Positions 1 through 19,928 of a DNA stretch of 64,000 bases are shown piece by piece. The translations under genes and the position numbers were made by a program. Source of the stretch: the human T2T-CHM13v2.0 reference genome, Homo sapiens; assembly GCF_009914755.1 (NCBI RefSeq), contig NC_060937.1; one strand, given 5' to 3'. Below the pieces are notes generated by a model that saw only the letters and a list, made by a program, of their open reading frames with translations, had not been told where the DNA came from and did not search any database. Each line of letters opens with the position of its first letter. Positions within the stretch are counted from its first letter, which is position 1.

Positions 1-422
<422 letters not shown>

Positions 423-1745
423 CAACTTTACTCTTTATTCTCAACCTTACAACCATCAGATACTCCTGTACACAGAATAAGAAAAATCAACTATTTTTCC
501 TTGAAGGCAATGTTTCATCTTTTATGTTATAATATCTGTTCCACATTGCTGTGAAAATGCTGTTGAAGTGCACCTTCCTTCCTTCACCAGAGATTGCCTG
601 TGTGAATTTGAATAGATGGTCACTGGAGGGGACCAGCTTGGCACACTGGGTTGAATTGTCTCTTTGCTTTTCAGACAAAGTGGCTTTGAAAAGACTGAAA
701 GTAAAGTGACTGCTGATTAAGCAGATGGCTTGCCATGTCAATAGGACAATTGTTTGAAAATCACATCGCAAGAACTACAACTATTAAAATGAGAAATGCA
801 TGATGCAAATATTGCACAAAAAAATAGAATGAAAATGATGAATACAGCCAAAAAAGACAGCCAAACTCAATTTTAGCAATAAAGTAAGATATAATCTACT
901 GTCAGGGGAAGGTAACTTGAAGTACTTGAGATGTTCTTTAATTTAAAAATCCAAAAATATTTTTAGCTTTAGTTATGATAAAACATGTTTAAGCATTTTC
1001 CATTTGAAATAAAATTTTAATTTCATGCTTTGTCAGTTTAGTTTCCCTAAATAAATAGAAAATAGTAAAATATCACATACTAAAAAAATCAACTTCTTTG
1101 GTAATAAATAAGTGCAACTGTCAGACCAAAACATAGTTACATTTTACCCAATGTCGTGCTGACCAATTCGATCAAACTCCACTTCCTTATAACTAAGAGA
1201 GATGCAAAGATGTAGACTTTATGTTGAGTGAGACAGGTAAGGATTACTAGGAGCTAGATAATTGTTTTACTAATCAAGGTCGATTTTCATTACTATTTTG
1301 TCTCTATGTTAATTAATGGCCTTGATTCAAGAAAATGTTTTTAAAAACTCATCTTTTCAGTCAGGCAAAATATTAACAAAAAGGCATAGAAATGAAGGCA
1401 TTTAACACAGTCATAGTTTACATTTTAAAATTAAAATACTTCTAGAAATAACAAAGAAAGAAAAAAGACACATATAAAAACAAATGAACTTAATTTTTGG
1501 TGCAAAGCACTCATTACTAAGCCTAACACAAATATTTTGGTGAAGGCTTTCTAACACTGACATTCTTCTCATGACATAAAAGAGCCACTAATTTTACTTT
1601 TGACATATATTTAGTTTTAATGTTAAAAGCTAAAAGGAGCCTATTATTTTATTTATAATTTGTGGTCTGCATGTACATCATCATCCATTGAGTCGACTAA
1701 AGTTTCTGGAAGTTTCAGAAACAGTAACATAAGAATACTTTTTTC

Positions 1746-1922
1746 GGCCATGCATGTTGTTGTCTCATGCCTGTAATCACAGCACTTTGGGAGGCCGAGG
1801 TGGGGGGATCACCTGAAGTCAGGCATTCGAGACCAGCCTGATGAACCTGGTGAAACCCCATCTCTACTAAAAATACAAAATTAGCTGGGCGTGGTGGCAC
1901 ATGCCTGTAACCCCAGCTACTC
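1746..1922 (+). mobile_element. Alu fragment (left arm plus start of right arm, 3'-truncated)
   Basis: CCTGTAATCACAGCACTTTGGGAGGCCGAGG...TACTAAAAATACAAAATTAGC...CCCAGCTACTC, then abrupt loss of homology and no A tail. Confidence 0.9.
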
Positions 1923-2934
1923 CTTTAATGACCACATGTGAAGTTTCTTTTGAACTAATTTTAACTACCTATTTTTATTGCTTTTTTGCTCCTATTAGAA
2001 AAAATATTAAAGTTTCTGTTACTACAATCCATTCAAATCTAAACATAGTGCTTATCTTAAAAGATCTGTATGCTTGGAATTATGGAAATCCTATTCTCCA
2101 TTTAAAATACTGCTTTTCAGTAAGCCAAATGGGGCAATTGTGGCTCACAATCATAAGTTATTAAATATTAATACCATCATCTAGATGGAACTTTTAGTTA
2201 TCTGCATGTTCAAATTGTTTTAACTTGTAATAAGTCAGAAACAATAAATTTTTATAAACTATAAAAATAAACTAAAACTATATTTATCAATGCATTTTTT
2301 TTTAGTTTTAGAATACTTAGCCCCAGGATTATTTCTAGTTGACATAACACTAGATTTCAGATGATGTGGATGTAGAAACTAGAGACGCCCTGGTTGACTC
2401 TGCTTCACTTTCTGCCTTCATTTAGCACACAAGCATATCAGCACAATGAAAGCCAGCAATGCTAACCTTTTTGAAAAACACACCAGTGCCCTTCTACAGA
2501 GAATATATGTGTGAAAAGATTCATCTGAAAGTCATGCCATCTTCTTTTTGATTTACAGACTTATATATGACAAATAATACAAATAAAAATTTAACACTGT
2601 CATATAATCAGAAAATTATTCTAAAAATTCCTTCTGACACATTATTCTTTGTCACCAAAATGGTTGTGATGAAATGATTGCCTTTGCAGGACTGTTGTCT
2701 TAAATAACCAATACTCCTGTTTCATTGTTCTTGAACTTTAACCATAACACTTTCATCCTTTTTCTAGAAATTTTATTTCCTAATTATGTCACTTAGGTAT
2801 GATTATCATAGCTTCATATTTTCAAAAATGGTTCTAAAAAAACTAAACCACTGACCATCTTTCTTTCCCAAAGAGTAATAAGTTAACACTATCATCTAGC
2901 ATACTGTAAATAGATGAAAAATAAAAATGTAGAG

Positions 2935-3133
2935 CAGGGGTGTCCAATCTTCTGGCTTCCCTGGGACACACTAGAAGAATTGTCTTGAGCCATACATAAA
3001 ATACACCAATGATGATAAAAAAAATCACAAAAAACTCATAATGCTTTTAGAAAGTTTATGAACTTGTTTAGGGCTGCACTGAAAGCCATACTGGGCCACA
3101 TGAAGCCTGTAGGCCGTGAGTTGGACAAGCTTG
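2935..3133 (+). mobile_element. MER30 non-autonomous hAT-Charlie DNA transposon (founder copy of the array)
   Basis: Begins CAGGGGTGTCCAATCTTCTGGCTTCCCTGGG and ends GTTGGACAAGCTTG, matching the MER30 termini (imperfect TIRs). Diverged 8-bp TSD ATGTAGAG (2927-2934) / ATGGACAG (after the last unit). Confidence 0.85.
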
Positions 3134-4615
3134 ATGGACACCAATGATGATAAAAAAATCACAAAAAGCTCATAATGCTTTTAGAAAGTTTATGAACTTG
3201 TTTAGGGCTGTGCTGAAAGCCATACTGGGCCACATGAAGCCTGTAGGCCGTGAGTTGGGCAAGCTTGATGGACACCAATGATGATAAAAAAATCACAAAA
3301 AACTCATAATGCTTTTAGAAAGTTTATGAACTTGTTTAGGGCTGTGCTGAAAACCATACTGGGCCACATGAAGCCTGTAGGCCATGAGTTGGACAAGCTT
3401 GATGGACACCAATGATGATAAAAAAATCACAAAAAACTCATAATGCTTTTAGAAAGTTTATGAACTTGTTTAGGGCTGTGCTGAAAGCCATACTGGGCCA
3501 CATGAAGACTGTAGGCCATGAGTTGGACAAGCTTGATGGACACCAATGATGATAAAAAAATCACAAAAAACTCATAATGCTTTTAGAAAGTTTATGAACT
3601 TGTTTAGGGCTGTGCTGAAAGCCATACTGGGCCACGTGAAGCCTGTAGGCCGTGAGTTGGACAAGCTTGATGGACACCAATGATGATAAAAAAATCACAA
3701 AAAACTCATAATGCTTTTAGAAAGTTTATGAACTTGTTTAGGGCTGTGCTGAAAGCCATACTGGGCCACATGAAGCCTGTAGGCCGTGAGTTGGACAAGC
3801 TTGATGGACACCAATGATGATAAAAAAATCACAAAAAACTCATAATGCTTTTAGAAAGTTTATGAACTTGTTTAGGGCTGTGCTGAAAGCCATACTGGGC
3901 CACGTGAAGCCTGTAGGCCATGAGTTGGACAAGCTTGATGGACACCAATGATGATAAAAAAATCACAAAAAACTCATAATGCTTTTAGAAAGTTTATGAA
4001 CTTGTTTAGGGCTGTGCTGAAAGCCATACTGGGCCACGTGAAGCCTGTAGGCCGTGAGTTGGACAAGCTTGATGGACACCAATGATGATAAAAAAATCAC
4101 AAAAAACTCATAATGCTTTTAGAAAGTTTATGAACTTGTTTAGGGCTGTGCTGAAAGCCATACTGGGCCACGTGAAGCCTGTAGGCCGTGAGTTGGACAA
4201 GCTTGATGGACACCAATGATGATAAAAAAATCACAAAAAACTCATAATGCTTTTAGAAAGTTTATGAACTTGTTTAGGGCTGTGCTGAAAGCCATACTGG
4301 ACCACGTGAAGCCTGTAGGCCGTGAGTTGGACAAGCTTGATGGACACCAATGACGATAAAAAAATCACAAAAAACTCATAATGCTTTTAGAAAGTTTATG
4401 AACTTGTTTAGGGCTGTGCTGAAAGCCATACTGGGCCACGTGAAGCCTGTAGGCCGTGAGTTTGACAAGCTTGATGGACACCAATGATGATAAAAAAAAT
4501 CACAAAAAGCTCATAATGCTTTTAGAAAGTTTATGAACTTGTTTAGGGCTGTGCTGAAAGCCATACTGGGCCACATGAAGCCTGTAGGCCGTGAGTTGGA
4601 CAAGCTTGATGGACA
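3003..4615 (+). repeat. Tandem array/VNTR, 12 x 134-135 bp, derived from MER30 3' end plus TSD
   Basis: Units start ACACCAATGA at 3003, 3138, 3272, 3406, 3540, 3674, 3808, 3942, 4076, 4210, 4344 and 4478. Only a few substitutions between units; one AAGCTT per unit. Confidence 0.97.
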
Positions 4616-4811
4616 GTCATTTATTTTAGCTGCACACCCAAGACTAAGGCCAAGAGCTTTCAGAGAAAATAGCTTATAGGATGTCAGGAGACCTGTTATA
4701 GAAACATTCACCCCTATGTCTAAAGGGGACAAAATTCTATGTCTTCCACCCTTAATTCCAACCATTAAACAAAACTGGAGAAATCTAACATGGCATTATA
4801 TCACAAAGTAT

Positions 4812-7585
4812 TTTATTATTTTTATTTTGGATTCAAGGATACACGTGCAGATTTGTAACATAGGTATACTGCATGACATTGAGGTTTGGGCAATTAATAA
4901 TCCCATTGCCCAAGTAGCGTACATTATACATCACAAGTACTTTTAAACCCCTGTGCCCCTTCTCCCTCCATTTTGGAATCCTTAGTGTTTATTGTTCTCA
5001 TCTTTGCTTCCATGTGTACCCAATGTTTAGCTTCCACTTATAAGTGAGAAAATGTAGTATTTGGTTTTCTGTTCTGTGTTAATTTGCTTAGGATCATGAC
5101 CTTGAGCTGCATCCATGTTGCTGCAAAGAGTATTACATGATTCTTCTTCAGTGGCTGCATAGTATTGGATGGTGTGTAATTACATAATTTTTAAAATCCA
5201 TCTTAAAATTTATGAGCACATGGTTTCATTCCATGTCTTTGCTATTGTGACTAGTGCTGCAATAAGCATACGAGTGCAGGTGTAATTTATTTGTATTTGG
5301 GTATACACCCAGTAGTGAGGCTGCTGGGTCAAATGGTAACTTTGGTTTTAGTCCTTTGAGAAACCCCCAAAATGCATTCTACAGAAGCTGAACTAATTTG
5401 CATTCCCACTAAGAGTATATCAGGGTTCTCTTTTCTACACAATTTTAACATCTGTTTTTTTTTTTTTTTTTTTTTACTTTTTCATAATAGCCATTTAGAC
5501 TGGGGTGAGATGGTATCACATTGTGGTTTGGATTTACATCTCTCTAATCATTAGAAATGTTCATCAATTTTTCATGTTTGTTGGCTGCTTTTTTTGTCTT
5601 TCTTTTAAAAGTATAGGTTCACATTTTTTGTCAACATTTTTTCTTAAATTCCTTATAAAACATATATATTAGTTATTTATTGTATGCAGTTTACACATAT
5701 TTTAGCCCATACTATAGGTTGTCTGTTTATTTTGTTAATAGTTTCTCTTGCTGTGCAGGTCACAATTTTTAATTTTTATTTTTGTTGCTTTCACTTTTGA
5801 GGATGTAGTCATTAATTCTTTACAGAGACCAATGCCAAGGAGAGAATTTTCTAGGTGTTCTTCTAGGATTTTTATAGGTTGAACTCTTACAGATAAGTCT
5901 TTAATGTATCTTGAGTTAATTTTCTATATCATGAGAAGTAGTGGTCGAGTTTTCCTCTTCTGCATATGACTAAACAGTTTTTCCAGCACCTTTTATTGGG
6001 TAGGGAGTTCTTTCCATTTGTTTCTGTTGATGCTGTCAAAAATCAATTAATTGCAAGAGTTCAGCTTCATTTCAGGGCTCTCTCTTCTATTCACTAGGAG
6101 TGTGTGTGTGTGTGTGTGTGTGTGTATCTGCATCCATATTATATTGGTTACCATAGCTTGTGGTAAAGTTTGAAGTTTGGTAACATAATGTCTCCAGGTT
6201 TATTCTTTTTGTTTAGTATAGCCTTGCCCATTTGAGCTTTTTTGTTTTCATATAAATTTTAGAATAGTTTTTTTCTCTAATTTTATAAAAAATGGCATTG
6301 GTAGATTGATAGAAATAGAAATAAACTGTCGATTGCTTTGGGCAGTATGAAGTTTTTAATAATTCTAATCCATTATCATGAAATACTATTCCATTTATTT
6401 GCACTGTGTCTGATTTCTTTCAGTAGTGGTTTGTAGTTCTCCTAGTAGAGATATTTAACCTCCTTTGTTTAATGGATTACTATTTTATTTTTTGTTTCTG
6501 GCTATTGTAAACTGGATTGTGTTCTTAATTTTGCTCTGCTTAAGTGTTACTGGTGTATAGAAATGTTCCTCATTTTTGAATGTTGTTTTGCTTTTTGTTG
6601 CTGTTGCTGAGATTTTCCTGAAGTCTTTTATTAGGCTTAGGAGTCTTTTGGAGGAGTCTTTGAAGTAGGTAGAAAATTATATCATCAGTAAAGACAAATA
6701 AGCTGATTTCCTCTTTTGTTATTTGAGTGCTTTTTCTTTCTTTATCTTGCCTGATTGTTCTGGCTAAAACTTTCAGAACTGTGTTGAATAGGAGTGGTGA
6801 AAGTGCACATTCTTTTCTTATTTCAATTTTTAGGAAGGATGCATTAATCTTTCACCTGTTCAGTATGGTGTTGGCTGAGGATTTGTCCTATATGGCTGTA
6901 ATTATTTTGAGGTATGTTCCTTCAATGCCTAGTTTTTTGAGAATTTTTTTCAAAAATAGATATTACATTTTATTAATTGCTATTTCCACATCTATTGAGG
7001 TAATGTGGTTTTGTTTGTTAATTATTTTTATATGCTGAATCACATTTATAGATTGCACATGTTAAAACATTCCTGCTTTCACAGAATAATGTCCACATAG
7101 TTGCAGTGAAATAACTTTGATTTCCTGACTCAGTTTGCAAGCATTTCATGAATAATGTTTGTGTCTGTATTCGTCAGGGATATTGGCCTGTAATTTTTTT
7201 TGGTTGTGTCTTTACCTGATTAATATATCAAGATGAGACTGATATTATATGATAGAATTAATTAGGAAGGAGTCCCACTTTGATTTTTTGGAATACTTTC
7301 TGTAGAATTACAGCCAACTCATTTTTGTATACATGATAAAATCATGCTGTGAATGCATCTGGTTTAGCACTTTTTATAATTGGTAGTTTTTTTATCACCA
7401 ATTCAATTTGCTTGCACATTTTTGGTTTCTTCAAGACTTCTGTTTATTCCTGATTCAATCTTGGGAGGTTGTATATTTCTAAGAGTTTATTCATTTCCTC
7501 TAGACTTTCTAGTTGGTGTGCACAGAGATATTTATAGTAGTCTGCAAGTATCTTTTGTATTTTTGTGGGATTGGTTGTCACAAAT
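4812..7585 (-). mobile_element. Old primate L1 (L1PA13-16/L1PB-like), 3'UTR plus ORF2 part, 5'-truncated
   Basis: Antisense L1 3' end (GATTCAAGGATACACGTGCAGATTTG...CCACTTATAAGTGAGAAAATG) followed by antisense ORF2-like sequence (GTGTTGAATAGGAGTGGTGAAAG). Confidence 0.85.
6100..6125 (+). repeat. (GT)n microsatellite inside the L1
   Basis: Directly visible GT run of about 13 units. Confidence 0.95.
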
Positions 7586-7589
7586 GTAA

Positions 7590-10050
<2,461 letters not shown>

Positions 10051-10059
10051 AAATATATT

Positions 10060-10610
10060 TATAAAAACTATTAAAAATGACAATGTTTCAAATTCTGACC
10101 GGTGTTTTTGTCATAAACCTGTCTGAATAGTATGAAAGATACATAATTTCTGTGCTGTTTTGTCACCTAGTCAGTCATGACCATATAAACTCTAATATTT
10201 ACCACCATGTTCGGCACCCAGCACAGAGCATGGGAGAAGCCAATGTACCTTAGGGCTTTTATTTTGAGCTTGGGGCAACTGGAGTTTCTGGTGCTGGTGG
10301 TAATGATAGGGAAGGCACAAAAAGGGCAGCTCTTGCTGTGTTTCATATGATTAAACCACTCTGAAGAGAGTAAATAAGTTTGCATCCCAGATCACTGAAG
10401 AAATTTTTTAATTCAAAAGATGCCATGATCTTTAAAATTTTTCCAGATAAAATGACCAAGGAGTTGACTAGTTAGGTGACAAAGACTGAAACCTCTAAAT
10501 TGTAAACTGCACCCAATAAAAAAGTACATTATACAAGTGTGAGAAATTCCTCAAGATTTTAACATTAATATGAAAAAGATTATTTCACATGTGAAATCCA
10601 CAGGTGTCAT
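10060..10610 (-). pseudogene. Vomeronasal type-1 receptor (VN1R/V1R) pseudogene, N-terminal part (about TM1 to the start of TM5), frameshifted
   Basis: Minus-strand translation across frameshifts: MTPVDFTCEIIFF / ILRNFSHLY / NSLVILSGK...IMASFELKNFFSDLGCKLIYSLQ / IITTSTRNSSCPKLKIKALRYIGFSHALCWVPNMVVNI. This is collinear with V1R motifs ILGNFSLLY, NSLVILSKG, MAAFGLKYFLNDLGCKL and ITISPRNSRWAELKVKAPKYIG...LCWILNMLVNI. ATG at 10608-10610. Confidence 0.85.
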
Positions 10611-10766
10611 TCTATTATTTTTGAATATTTAACATTCACACCAAAATAAAAGATTCTGAATGAAAACTTAAGTTGAGCTGTAAGTATGTAATAAAAAATT
10701 AAGTTTAACATTCTCCACTTACCATTAACTCTTCTAAAAGTTTAATTTCTAAGACATATCTTCTAA

Positions 10767-11090
<324 letters not shown>

Positions 11091-11758
11091 TGTGTTAAAA
11101 TTTAATAAAAGTTTGGTTTTACAAAGATAATAAATTCTGACTGATTTATTCCTCTCACCTGTGAACACTGCATGCCTTTTATCTCAATTAACAGATCTGA
11201 AAGTTACATTGACAAACTTTCATCAGAACCTACAAAGTACTGTGTGAAGTGACATGGCACAAAACAAACAGCAATAAAGTTGTAGCCATAACACAAAGAA
11301 TAAAAAGAAGGGCTGTGATGCATACACAGTTGGGATAAACATAAGTAGACACACAAACATAACTAAAGATAATCAGAAAATAAGCAGAATGTCTCTTTAA
11401 ATTCAGAAAGAGTCAATTTTGCAGCATAAGAACAATGTCCTCTCCATATACAGAATCGATTTTATTTCTTCACCATGTGTATTTCTTTATCTTTACTTGG
11501 AGCTACAAACTAACTCCAGCAGAAATATTTGTGGCCAATAATGGTGCATCTATTACACAGCAAGCATTGTGTTTGCTACATTTACATATCAAAATATCTT
11601 TATGACTTATGAAGCCTCCCCAGCATTTACCTAAACAAATTGGCTGAATGAATAAATTCACCTATGTCAATTATAAAGAGTAAAAGGAACAATAATAAAG
11701 GAAACTTAGCTTACACAGGTTTCTCCAATTAAAATAACAAAATGGGGTGTTCTAACTA

Positions 11759-12247
<489 letters not shown>

Positions 12248-12699
12248 CTACCATGAGTACCAGGCACATGAAAGAAAGAATTTGCATGGAAAGATTCGGA
12301 AACGCAATCCATAAGACTTCACAGTAATTAATTAAATAAAATACAGAGAATACAGATATTATTCAAAATCATGGAGGTTTCTGGTCTTCTAGTAAATGAT
12401 TTGTCCACTTTATTAAAGTGATATTTTGTTCCAATATTTCTTGTCTTCTGAAAATAGGTACACTCACACTCACACAATTACTTGCCCCACAAATTTCTTA
12501 CACCTAATGTTTGCATTAAGAGTAAAATATTTGTATATTTAGCACCATGTAAGTAAAAAACTAACAGTCTGTATGAGTTTATGGGCAGAGAGGCCACTTG
12601 TTCAACATATATATGAACAATTTTTAAAAATATTCATTCAGGACTTAGAAATGTGAGATTTCTTACTATACTACTATGTAATTATTATTATGACCATAA

Positions 12700-12910
12700 A
12701 AAACCTCTGTAGCAAGTAATAATTTACTTGTACATTTTTAAATAACTAAAAATGTTTAATTGGATTGTCTGTAACACAAAAAATAAATGCATTATGTAAT
12801 GAATACCTCATTTACTCTGATGTGATTACAAGTTGTATGCCTGTATGAAAATGTTCTATATATGCCATAAATAGGTAAACAATACTATGTTCTTACAAAA
12901 ATTTAAAACG
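12700..12910 (+). mobile_element. L1MA-type 3'UTR fragment
   Basis: TAATAATTTACTTGTACATTTTAAAATAACTAAA...TTGGATTGTCTGTAACACAAA...CTGATGTGATTAC, typical of early L1MA 3' ends. Confidence 0.7.
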
Positions 12911-13649
12911 TTAAACAAATGTACATTTTTACCCATTGAAACAATACTCTTAAACTTTTCAGTTTAATGCCACAGGCAAAAGAGATTGCTAGAGAGCTCA
13001 TTCTACTATGTTACCATTTTTATCTACATCTTTAATAAGGTGGGACACGTTAAAGTTGGTGACATAACACTTAACTAAATGCAGGTCTTAAAAAGTTTAA
13101 AACTATTCCCTTTAATTTAAAAGCTAAGTTATCACAGTCTTATAAAAGAATTTTAAAATTCCCTACATTTTATTACATAAAAGTACAATTGGTAAAACAA
13201 TTTACTACTAAAACTCAAAGTTTTCCTTTCACTATAATGCAGAATATTACTCTAAACACATAACTCATGTATCACATGAAAAATGTTAAAAGTCAGCCAT
13301 AAAGAGCCTCTCCAATTAGATTTTCAATATACATCTTACATTTTAATATCCTTACTCTTCCTCGGAAAAGTTAATGAATGATGCCTACCTAATAAGAAAG
13401 GAATCTCTCAGATTTCTGATGCAACAGAAATTGATGACATGCTTTTACACAAACAACAGGAAAAAAGGAACAGAATGAAGCAGTTTTACAGTTGAATTAC
13501 CTCACTATTTGCTTTTCAAAAAATCTACATTTTTTTCAAGGAAAAACATATACCTTGAATGTAATTATAACTCTCCAAAAAATAATCTTCCACTCCTCTT
13601 AAACTTATATACAAATAAATTATCCAACAGTTTTAGCTTTGGATTACTT

Positions 13650-16793
<3,144 letters not shown>

Positions 16794-17583
16794 TTAAGTG
16801 TGTTCAGTGTACCAGGTGAGCAAAATGCCACAAGCCATACTGAATGGATAGAAAAGTTTTTTACATTTGCCCAACACCTTTACTCCTCCATAATGCAGCA
16901 TGGCACTTTTAGAAGTAAACTGCAATGCCTGGCATCTTCCTCAATATAGAAAAAGAAAAAACTGGCTCGTGTATTTTTACTTCTGGCTTCTGGGCACTTT
17001 TACAGAGACTTGTTTCTGTCTCCAGTGACAAAATGTGCTGAAAGAAATGATGGTATACTTTGAAATAACAGCTTGAGTCTGCTGAGATCAAAGGTAAATG
17101 TTACAGCAACAAACTACAGTACCACAGGCATGCAATATGTATAGGAAGTAATTACAGACTGTTAAGAAACACAGACAAACCTCTTTAACTGAATAATCAA
17201 CACAAAATTCCACACAAGACACATCATAACATATTTGATAGGCTCCCAGAATCTCTAGTTGAGACAACTGGTTTCAGATTATGTTAGGACAACACCACAT
17301 TATAAAGATTGTGAGAGGTAGCTGTTTGTTAATCTCCAAATCTCAACCAAAGAGTACAATACATACAAAATATTACAGTGACATGGCCTAAGTAAAAAAC
17401 AAAACTTAAAACTGTCAGAAAACAACCATGAAAATAAAGATGTACACATTAATTTTAAAAATTTAACCTAAATGGGAACACAGGTAACTAAATAAAATCA
17501 GAAAAAAATAGAATATCAAGGAAAAGATGAAAAATATAATAGAAATTATGGAAGTAGAAAATAGAAATAGAAATAATAACTGA

Positions 17584-17867
17584 GGCCAGGTGTAGTGGCT
17601 CATGTCTGTAGTCCCAGCACTTTGGAGTTTGAGGCAGGCACATCACTTGAACCTAGGGAGTTCAGGTTTAAACTGGGAAACATGGCAATACTTCTCCTCT
17701 ATAAAAATTAAAATTAGTCAGGTGTATTGGCACACACCTGTGGTCCCAGTAAACAGGAGGCTGAGGTAGGAGGATCACATAAGCCTAGAGAACCCAAGGC
17801 TGCAGTAAGCTGCAATATGCCACTGTACTCAAACCTGGGTGACAGAGCAAGACACTGTCTCAAAAAA
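17584..17867 (+). mobile_element. Alu, AluJ-like
   Basis: Diverged full Alu with GTAGGAGGATCAC...AAGGCTGCAGT (J-type). Confidence 0.88.
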
Positions 17868-19310
17868 TTAAGAATACCTGAGAAATTCTCAAAAGTAAGA
17901 AAATAAGGTTGTAAAAATGAAGAAGCTCAACATACTAAAACTAGGAAACACACAGATCCATAACAAGACATGCAAAGCAAAGTTCCCAAAGTCACAGACA
18001 AGAAGAGAATCTCAAATGCTGGAAAATACATAATTATGGTTCTATGATATAACCAGTGACTCTTTCAACAAAAACCTTGCAGGCCAGAAGGAAATTGTGT
18101 GCTATAGTCGAGATACCAAGCGAAAAATAGCTTCTATGTAAGAATAATATAACCAGCAAAACTGTGCTACAAAAATGAAGAAAAAGGAAAGACCTCTAAA
18201 GATAACCAAATGTGGAAAAATTATATCAACACTACATGTGCCCTACAAAAAATGCTGAGAAGAGTCCTCCTACTAAAACTATATGATGCTAAAAAACAAA
18301 ACTATCATATAAAAATAGGTAGCTTTCTAGGAAAGATATAAAGATATGCAAATATTATAGAAAAAATATCCTGTAGCATTATTATAATACCAAAAAATGT
18401 TTTATTTAATTATTCTCTAAAATTTAAAGATAAAAGCTAAAAAATAATAATGAACATCTGTTAATAAATATATAACATAAATAGATATGTTTAGTGACAT
18501 CAATAACTAAGTTGAGGACAGATATAATAAGAAATAATTTGTGCATGGACCCGAATTTAAATTTCACCACTTCAAAATATATTGTTGAAATTTTAAGAGG
18601 TTTTTATATAATCCTGAAGGCACCCACAAAGAAAATGTCTGTGTAGGTACAAAAAAGGAAATAAGAAAGAAGTGACAGCCTATCCATACAAAAATCAAAA
18701 AGACACAAAGGAAGATAGAATGAGAAACAGACCTACAAGAATCATTAAACAATAAAATAACAATAATCTTTGTCTTCAGAAAATAAATATTTTAAAAATA
18801 GACTTGCCAATCAATACACATACATTGAATAGTGGGATTACATAAAATTTTATATACCAAGATCCAACTTGCCTTTCTTCAAGAGTCAATTGAGATCTAG
18901 TAGTGAAATCAGCCTGAAAGTGGCAAGTGGAAGAAGACATTTTAGGCAAACATTAACCAAATGAGAGCAGAAGAGATAAAAATTGTATTATACAAAATAT
19001 ATCATAAGTCAACAACTCTCTTATTTTATAAAATATACTCTATGTCAAAATTCACAAGAGAAAAAAGGTCATTAAACAATAATAAAGATATCATTTATTG
19101 AAAATGTATGACAAATATGTGCATACATATATTTATATGTTTGTGTGTGTATGTGTATTTCTCACATTAGGTAGGTTTCCAAAAATACGAAGCAAAAATT
19201 GACAGAATTAAAGCAACAAATAAAGAGCAATATAATTATAATAAGATATTTTAATACTTCAATTTCTGCAATGAACAATAAAACAAAACAATATTAATAA
19301 TGGAAAAGAG

Positions 19311-19603
19311 GGCCAGGTACGGTGGCTCACGCCTGTAATCCCAGCACTTTGGGAGGCCAAGGCAGGCGATCACGGGGTCAGGAGATGGAGACCATCCTGG
19401 CTAACACGATGAAACCCAGTCTCTACTAAAAATACAAAAAATTAGTAGGGCGTGGTGGCAGGTGCCTGTAATCCCAGGCACTCAGGAGGCTGAGGCAGGA
19501 GAATGGCATGAACCCAGGAGGTGGAGCTTGCAGTGAGACGAGATCGCACCACCGTACTCCGGCCTGGATGAGAGCAAGACTCTGTCTCAAGAAAACAAAA
19601 AAA
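19311..19603 (+). mobile_element. Alu, AluY-like
   Basis: GAGACCATCCTGGCTAACACG...GAATGGCATGAACCC...GGAGCTTGCAG. TSD GGAAAAGAG at 19302-19310 and 19604-19612. Confidence 0.94.
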
Positions 19604-19629
19604 GGAAAAGAGAAACTGAAAGCAGTACA

Positions 19630-19928
19630 GATGGGAACAAGTGGCTCATGCTTGTAATTCCAGCACTTTGGGAGGCCAAGGAAGACAGATTACCTGAGGT
19701 AAGGAGTTTGAGACCAGCCTGGCCAACATGGCAAAACCCCATCTCTACTAAAAATAGCCAGGTGCGGTAGCAGGCGCCTGTAATCCCAGCTACTCAGGAG
19801 GCTAAGGCAGGAGAATTGCTTGAACCAGGGAGGCGGGGTTTGCAGTGAGTCGAGATTGCGGCACTGCAATCCAGCCTCGGTGACTGAGCAAGACTCCATC
19901 TCAAAAAGAAAAAATATACAAAGAAAGA
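19630..19928 (+). mobile_element. Alu (AluSx/Sz-like)
   Basis: Full Alu with A-rich tail, in tandem just after the AluY. Confidence 0.9.

Noticed and set aside
487-771. Possible exon in unique-looking sequence (minus-strand acceptor-like CACTTTACTTTCAG near 695-708, 94-aa ORF)
   Set aside because: No recognisable protein similarity and no matching donor or partner exon. It cannot be supported without transcript data.
3003-4615. CRISPR array or coding repeat
   Set aside because: Units are head-to-tail with no spacers, 134 is not a multiple of 3, and the sequence derives from MER30.
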